Shown here: in pieces, positions 58,474 to 64,000 of the stretch
How positions within the stretch are numbered: position 1 is the first letter of the stretch
How the letters are laid out: the number at the start of each line of letters is the position of its first letter
From: a virus
Length of the DNA stretch: 64,000 bases
Reading direction: 5' to 3' (one strand)
Virus record (IMG/VR): IMGVR_UViG_3300034062_002410
Location: 21,293 to 85,292 of that record
The notes under the pieces: generated by a model
What the model was told of the DNA's origin: nothing
The model's database searches: none
The model's input: the letters and a program-made list of their open reading frames with translations, nothing else
Position numbers and translations under genes: made by a program

Positions 58474-58920
58474 ATGGGAATTCCTAGATATTTAGAAAGT
58501 ACAATTAAATCATTAATTAAATGTTGTACTGAAGCACTTCAAACAGAAGTTGATGGACTTAGAACTGATGTTGGTACTTATAAAGAATATGTAGCTACTG
58601 TTACTCAAACAACTACTGGGGCACCAAATCCAACTGTACTTCATAATACTTTAGGTGGTACATTAGTTTGGACAAGAAGTGGAGTAGGTACTTATTTAGC
58701 TACACTTACAGGTGCATTTCCAACTGCATCTAAAGTAGTTATTTTAACATCATTTACAAGTTCAGATTTAGCTCCAGCAGGTAGTATAGCATTAACATCT
58801 GCTGTTAGAGATACTGCAAATAGACTTAAATTTATTACTGCTACAATGGATAATGCAGGAGCAAGAACAGTAGCAGATAGTGCATTAAATATTAGTTTAA
58901 TCGTAAGAGTTTATCCATAA
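58474..58920 (+). CDS. Putative structural/fibre-associated protein
   Basis: WTRSGVGTY beta-rich motif. Confidence 0.55.
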   Translation: MGIPRYLESTIKSLIKCCTEALQTEVDGLRTDVGTYKEYVATVTQTTTGAPNPTVLHNTLGGTLVWTRSGVGTYLATLTGAFPTASKVVILTSFTSSDLAPAGSIALTSAVRDTANRLKFITATMDNAGARTVADSALNISLIVRVYP

Positions 58921-59774
58921 TGATGTACTTATCTAAAACTGAAGATTGTCAATTTATAGAAATAAAGTCAGATAATATATCTGACTTTATTTTAAATCCT
59001 GGTAACTATACATCATTCACAATTACAGCTAAAATAAATTGTTGTAATGATGGAGAGATAACTCATACTTTAGGAGAAGATGAAATTGGCAACAATGTTT
59101 TTACTTTACAATTTCCAACTAATGGTGCTGTATTTTTAGATGAACTTGTATTTGAAAACATTTTTACTCACCAACAATTTTATCTACCAATTGGAAGTGA
59201 TGCTATTAACTACATGTGTAGTACAGGAGATATAACTAATTTGTTTACAATAGTAAATGCTTGGTTTACTACTAACTTTGCTACAACAGTAACTCAGAAC
59301 TATGTTTATGACTCTGTAACAAATACTTGTCAATACACTATTACAGATTTACCTGTAAACATAACTCCTATTAAGTTAGTAACAGATGTTGGGGATACTT
59401 ACTTTGGTTATTTTCCAATTGAAGGAATGTTCTTTAATTCTAACATGATGTACATAGCTCCATCATTTTTTAACATGATGAATTTTACTGATGGTGTTTA
59501 TTCATTTACACTTACTTTTAATAATGGAGGTCAAGTAATTACAACAGAATCTAATTGTTTCTTTTTAGATTGTAAAACAGGTTGTGAGGTATCAACAAAA
59601 ATAAAAGAATTAGAAGAAGCATCTAATCCTAAAAATGCTACTAATATCTTTTTATTGCATTATACCCTAACTGAAGGTTCTAATTGTGGGTGTAATTGTG
59701 ATGAACTTTGTGAAATATTTCGGAAATTGTGCAATAATTTAAATTCAACTTCTTGCCTCTGTGGTTGTGTATGA
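58920..59774 (+). CDS. Cys-rich putative tail protein
   Basis: C-terminal CGCNC...CLCGC. Confidence 0.55.
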   Translation: MMYLSKTEDCQFIEIKSDNISDFILNPGNYTSFTITAKINCCNDGEITHTLGEDEIGNNVFTLQFPTNGAVFLDELVFENIFTHQQFYLPIGSDAINYMCSTGDITNLFTIVNAWFTTNFATTVTQNYVYDSVTNTCQYTITDLPVNITPIKLVTDVGDTYFGYFPIEGMFFNSNMMYIAPSFFNMMNFTDGVYSFTLTFNNGGQVITTESNCFFLDCKTGCEVSTKIKELEEASNPKNATNIFLLHYTLTEGSNCGCNCDELCEIFRKLCNNLNSTSCLCGCV

Positions 59775-61402
59775 AAAAATGGAACTGTAATATAGTTAAG
59801 GAAATGTATGATAGAGTAATCCATAGAAAATATGGATTACTTTGTTCTGATGATACATCTAATGAATCTTTTCTGGAATCTTATAGAAACAGATTAGACT
59901 GTGAAAATGTAGACTTACATTGTTATGGTAATAATGAACCATGTACAGGTGATTCAGCAACAAATATAATTGTATGTAATACATCTGTTATTATTAATGT
60001 AACTACAAAATTAGTAGGTGAAGAAACACATTATACATTTACAGCTGTTACTACAGGAGCTACTGCACCCATTAGTTATTCTTGGAATTGGAATAATACT
60101 TTAGTTTGGAATTATGTAAGTGGTCCATTACTTCCAAATACATATTACTTAAATGGAAATGTACTTGTTCTTAAACCAAAGCAATTAACAGGAACTGTTA
60201 GTTCAATTGTATCTGTAACTATTAAAGATGCTAATGGTTGTGAAAGTAATATAGGAATTGATGTAATATATAAAGGTGGTTGTACAGACCCTGAAGCAGT
60301 TAACTATGACCCTACTGCTACATTTAACAATGGTAGTTGTTATTATGAACCATTAACTTTAGTTACAGGATATACTTGTAATGAATTTAACTCTGGTGAT
60401 TTTTGTGCTACTATTAGTGGAGGTGTTCCACCTTATTCATTAATAGGTTCACCAAGTGATACTATACTTGTTGATGGTGGGTCATATTGTGAAAGTATAT
60501 TAAATGGTAACTCATGGTCTTGTTATGCATTAGATTCTGTAGGTAATGTTACTCCACTTCAATCAGGTACTATATCTTGTCCATTTAATTGTATAACAGT
60601 AAAAATTGAACCTAATGTAATTATAGATTGCTTAGTAGATGGATTAGGTAATGCTACTGGTCAAGCTTCAATTACTGCTAGTCCTTATGGTGGTACTGCA
60701 CCTTATACTATTACAATATCAGTTAATAGTGCTCCTGCTGTTCCTTTTGTAAATGGGTCTATATATAATAATGGTGACAATATTAAAATAACTGTAACTG
60801 ATGCTAATGGATGTGTAGGAAATTATGAACAAAAAATACCTTGTCCTCCAACTATTCCTGGAGGGTCATTTGATAATTGTGAAGAATTAATTTCTTATAT
60901 GAATACTAATGGTTCAGTTTCAATTCAAGTTACAATCTTAGATTCTGGACTTAATTTTGGAGGAGGTTATTATGTAGATTATCAAGTTAAATGGATTACT
61001 ATTATTCCTTCTCCATTAACTTCTGCTAATTTTCCTACAGTAGCAGCTACAATTTTTAATAATACAACTACTAATTTATCTCTTCAAACTGGAATATCTC
61101 CTTTCTCAGGAAGTGGTAATCCATTTCCATATATTGGAAATGTAGTTGTAAATAATGAAGTAAATATAAAAGCTGAATATAGTACTGCAATAATTTGTAG
61201 TGGATTACTTAGAGAATTAGTTCCACCTTCAAGTCCTAATTTAAACTTAACAGTTGATTTAGATTTTACAGTAGTATTACCTAATAGATTAATATGTCAT
61301 TTGTGTGGCACAGGATTATTTAGTTTAGATTATGACCCTTGTGATGACCCATTTACTCCTTCAGACCAAACTGTACTTATAACATTAACTCAATGCCCAT
61401 AA
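59771..61402 (+). CDS. Structural protein with SprB-like/Ig repeats
   Basis: GGTAPYT / GGVPPYS and VTDANGC repeats; GCTDPEAVNYDPTATFNNGSC motif. Confidence 0.7.
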   Translation: MKKWNCNIVKEMYDRVIHRKYGLLCSDDTSNESFLESYRNRLDCENVDLHCYGNNEPCTGDSATNIIVCNTSVIINVTTKLVGEETHYTFTAVTTGATAPISYSWNWNNTLVWNYVSGPLLPNTYYLNGNVLVLKPKQLTGTVSSIVSVTIKDANGCESNIGIDVIYKGGCTDPEAVNYDPTATFNNGSCYYEPLTLVTGYTCNEFNSGDFCATISGGVPPYSLIGSPSDTILVDGGSYCESILNGNSWSCYALDSVGNVTPLQSGTISCPFNCITVKIEPNVIIDCLVDGLGNATGQASITASPYGGTAPYTITISVNSAPAVPFVNGSIYNNGDNIKITVTDANGCVGNYEQKIPCPPTIPGGSFDNCEELISYMNTNGSVSIQVTILDSGLNFGGGYYVDYQVKWITIIPSPLTSANFPTVAATIFNNTTTNLSLQTGISPFSGSGNPFPYIGNVVVNNEVNIKAEYSTAIICSGLLRELVPPSSPNLNLTVDLDFTVVLPNRLICHLCGTGLFSLDYDPCDDPFTPSDQTVLITLTQCP

Positions 61403-61412
61403 TTTAATTAAC

Positions 61413-61637
61413 ATGGAAAAAGTATTAGAACTAATAAAGAAATATCAAAGACCTGTAAGAACTGTTCTGTGGTCTGTATTGATAGTTATAGCATTTGTAA
61501 CTTGTTTATATAGCAGTAAGCCTTGTAATGAAGGATTTATAACTGAAGCTATATTACTTGCAATGTTTGCTGATATGGGAGTATATACTATTTCAAGAAC
61601 TATTGAAAAACTTAAATCTAAAGACAATGACAACTAG
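61413..61637 (+). CDS. Holin-like two-TM protein
   Basis: Two hydrophobic segments; charged C-terminus SRTIEK. Confidence 0.5.
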   Translation: MEKVLELIKKYQRPVRTVLWSVLIVIAFVTCLYSSKPCNEGFITEAILLAMFADMGVYTISRTIEKLKSKDNDN

Positions 61638-61896
61638 AGATGATATTCATAAAATTAGACAAGCATTACAATGTGCTTGTGAAAGTAATGCACTTAATCT
61701 TACAGAATTACAAATTATTAGTAAAACAATAGTTAGAGCTAATTGGAGTACTGTTGTTGGTAATTCAATTGATTATACTTATGATGTTAATAATAATGTA
61801 ACTCTTGCTGAATACTATGAAGGTGCTACTTTAATATTTACTCAAGCATTTACTTATGATGCAAATAATAATTGTACAAATATAACTACTACTTAA
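61627..61896 (+). CDS. Hypothetical protein with YD-like motifs
   Basis: YTYDVNNNV, FTYDANNNC; start moved to MTTRDD. Confidence 0.55.
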   Translation: MTTRDDIHKIRQALQCACESNALNLTELQIISKTIVRANWSTVVGNSIDYTYDVNNNVTLAEYYEGATLIFTQAFTYDANNNCTNITTT

Positions 61897-61897
61897 T

Positions 61898-62941
61898 ATG
61901 TCATATAAATTAAATCCTATTACAGGTAAACTTGATTATTACGAAGCAGCATCTTCAGGTGGTGGTATAACTCATGCTACTGCAGTTGGTACTGATACTT
62001 ATACTGCTACAATTACAGGAGTAACAGCTTATGCTGATGCAGATGCTTATCTGATTAGATTTACTAATGGTAATACAGGAACATCTACTTTAAATATAAA
62101 TGGTCTTGGTGCTAAAACATTATATAGAAATAATGATGGTGTACTATTAGGTGGAGATGTTTGGAGTGGAGCAGAAATGCTTTGTGTGTTTAATACTACT
62201 ACTGATGGATTTCAATGTATAGGTACAACATCAAATGCTTTATTTTCTTATGTGACTAATGCAGATAGTGTAACTTTAACTAAAGGAATGCCTGTATATG
62301 CTTTTGGTGGTACAGGAGATAGAATGACAGTTAAAAGAGCTAACAATACAGCAGATGCAACTTCAGCTCAAACAGTTGGTATAGTATTATCTACTTCAAT
62401 AGGTGTAAATCAAAAAGGTATTATAATGATGCAAGGTTTGTTGGATGGATTGAATATTCTTCCAACATCAACCTGGTCTGATGGTGACCCTGTATATTTA
62501 GGTGCAACTGATGGAAGTATTACTAAGGTAAAACCATCTGCTCCAAATCATCTTGTTTATCTTGGTGTAGTTACAACTGCAAGTAATGGTAGTTCAGGAA
62601 GAATGTATGTAAGAGTTCAGAATGGTTATGAGATTGATGAACTTCATGATGTTGCAATAACAAACTTACAAAAAGGAGATAGTTTAGAATATAATGGTAG
62701 CCTTTGGGTTAATAGTGGCATAGTTTATACTGTAGAACTTATAAATGCACTTACTGTTGATTTTTATGCTCCTTATGCTTTAAAAATTAACACAATAAGC
62801 AATGTATTAAATAGTCCTACTACTACAATACTTGATGATGGAATAGCTTATGCGCTTACAAATACTATTGCAATAGGTAGTAAAATAACAGTTACAGTAA
62901 ATACAGCAGCAGTTATTAACTTAAACATTACTAAAGCATAA
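61898..62941 (+). CDS. Tail fibre-like protein
   Basis: YKLNPITGKLD, NTGTSTLNINGLGAK, VRVQNGYEIDELHDV fibre motifs. Confidence 0.75.
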   Translation: MSYKLNPITGKLDYYEAASSGGGITHATAVGTDTYTATITGVTAYADADAYLIRFTNGNTGTSTLNINGLGAKTLYRNNDGVLLGGDVWSGAEMLCVFNTTTDGFQCIGTTSNALFSYVTNADSVTLTKGMPVYAFGGTGDRMTVKRANNTADATSAQTVGIVLSTSIGVNQKGIIMMQGLLDGLNILPTSTWSDGDPVYLGATDGSITKVKPSAPNHLVYLGVVTTASNGSSGRMYVRVQNGYEIDELHDVAITNLQKGDSLEYNGSLWVNSGIVYTVELINALTVDFYAPYALKINTISNVLNSPTTTILDDGIAYALTNTIAIGSKITVTVNTAAVINLNITKA

Positions 62942-62943
62942 TT

Positions 62944-63528
62944 ATGAACACGTATATAAAAGCAGTTTCTCCAAATAGAAGCACGGCACAGCTAATGAAA
63001 ACAGGGCAAACAACAAGTTACGCAACTGGGGATGATGGTGACTTGGAAAGAGGTAGAGGTGTAAGTTTTACGATACTTGCTGAAAATAATGTTTTTGGGA
63101 ATACTAACAGATTTACTGATGAATTAGGCACACAAACATACACAAAAAATATTGTTATTGATTGGTCAACGTATAATGGAAGCACAGTTTTAGGATGGCG
63201 TAGAACATCATCTACAGCCCCTTGGGCGAGTGCAGTTAGCGCAGCTTTATTAGTAAGCATTGCACCTTTTACAACTGGGTGGAGGCTTCCAAATGTTATG
63301 GAATATTTATCTATTTTTAATTGGCAATTAACAGCAAGGTTAAATTATTCGCCTTTTAATTTAGCATCTAATCAATATCATACATCTAATACTGATATGA
63401 CAACTACAACAAATAATATTTATGTATGGACAGGTAGTAGTGCTCCTGTGAATAGCGCATCAAAATCAACAAATAATGCTTATTTAGTTTGTCGCACTTT
63501 CACCGTAACTGGAACAACATTATCCTAA
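62944..63528 (+). CDS. DUF1566/Lcl (C-type-lectin fold) receptor-binding-like protein
   Basis: KTGQTTSY..GDDG, W..A...A, GWRLPN..E, terminal LVCR. Confidence 0.75.
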   Translation: MNTYIKAVSPNRSTAQLMKTGQTTSYATGDDGDLERGRGVSFTILAENNVFGNTNRFTDELGTQTYTKNIVIDWSTYNGSTVLGWRRTSSTAPWASAVSAALLVSIAPFTTGWRLPNVMEYLSIFNWQLTARLNYSPFNLASNQYHTSNTDMTTTTNNIYVWTGSSAPVNSASKSTNNAYLVCRTFTVTGTTLS

Positions 63529-63544
63529 TTAAAAAAATAATACA

Positions 63545-63778
63545 ATGACATACAAGTTTCCACAATTTCAAGTTGAAATTACAGACCCTACAGTAAGCAT
63601 AAACCTTAACACTATTTCAGATAAGGCACTTGATAAGCTTTTAGGCGTTGATATACTGCTTACAACTGCATCCGCTCAGTTCGGTGTCCGTGCTGAAAAT
63701 ATGCCTTATACCGATACTTGGGAAGATAGCGATATTCCAGATATGGTAAATATTTGGTTAGCTCAATTTGCTGTTTAA
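63545..63778 (+). CDS. Hypothetical protein
   Basis: ORF track. Confidence 0.65.
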   Translation: MTYKFPQFQVEITDPTVSINLNTISDKALDKLLGVDILLTTASAQFGVRAENMPYTDTWEDSDIPDMVNIWLAQFAV

Positions 63779-64000
63779 TGCTATCACTTATAACACTTTC
63801 AATTTTTGCAGCCTTTGCAATTAAGTTTTTGCATTATTGCATCGGATCACCTGTGCAAGGCGAATTTTATACAGGGCGTATATTTTCCGCTTACGGCAAG
63901 TTTATTTCTAAATTATATTTAGACTTCGAAGCCAAAGAAAAAAACCGCGTATGGGCAAAATATAACGCGTGGAAGCAAAAACGCGATAAGGAACTAAACG
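63778..64000 (+). CDS. Hypothetical protein with N-terminal TM, 3'-truncated
   Basis: TAATG overlap; open to the window end (MLSLITLSIFAAFAIKFLHYC...). Confidence 0.55.
   Translation, partial: MLSLITLSIFAAFAIKFLHYCIGSPVQGEFYTGRIFSAYGKFISKLYLDFEAKEKNRVWAKYNAWKQKRDKELN

Noticed and set aside
1-64000. Stop-codon reassignment (TAG/TGA), known in some crAss-like phages
   Set aside because: Code 11 gives intact, full-length genes on both strands; TAG ends the scaffold and MCP genes; no suppressor tRNA was seen

Overview
This window is about 64 kb of an AT-rich crAss-like phage (Crassvirales-type) genome read in the standard genetic code. The host is probably Bacteroidota (TAnnTTTG promoter boxes, SprB-like repeats, a DUF1573 protein, no Shine-Dalgarno leaders). 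There are four blocks. (1) 1-20371 (+): a 5'-truncated >5,200-aa virion RNA polymerase polyprotein (DFDVD) carrying zincin-like, NADAR, RecD-like helicase and ART-like domains, plus a 1,545-aa partner. (2) 20475-41586 (-): replication and middle genes (PolB, SF2 helicase, DnaB, AAA ATPase, primase, Hjc-like resolvase, PD-(D/E)XK nuclease, dUTPase, two GH73 hydrolases, an SplB-like radical SAM enzyme). (3) About 41700-45800 (-): small early genes arranged as terminator-promoter cassettes behind six copies of a 43-nt motif. (4) 46000-64000 (+): terminase, portal, scaffold, capsid and tail genes. The most notable result is a complete, co-oriented phage-encoded ubiquitin-like conjugation locus next to the primase. 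It has a Ubl precursor with Gly75-Gly76 and a C-terminal extension, an E2-like protein, a JAB/MPN protease and an E1/ThiF enzyme. Other highlights are a ~400-nt structured early ncRNA candidate, a tRNA-like RNA without a normal anticodon arm, and an unannotated acidic peptide ending in an SSB-tail-like DDDYELPF. All family calls come from motif recognition by eye; no searches were run.
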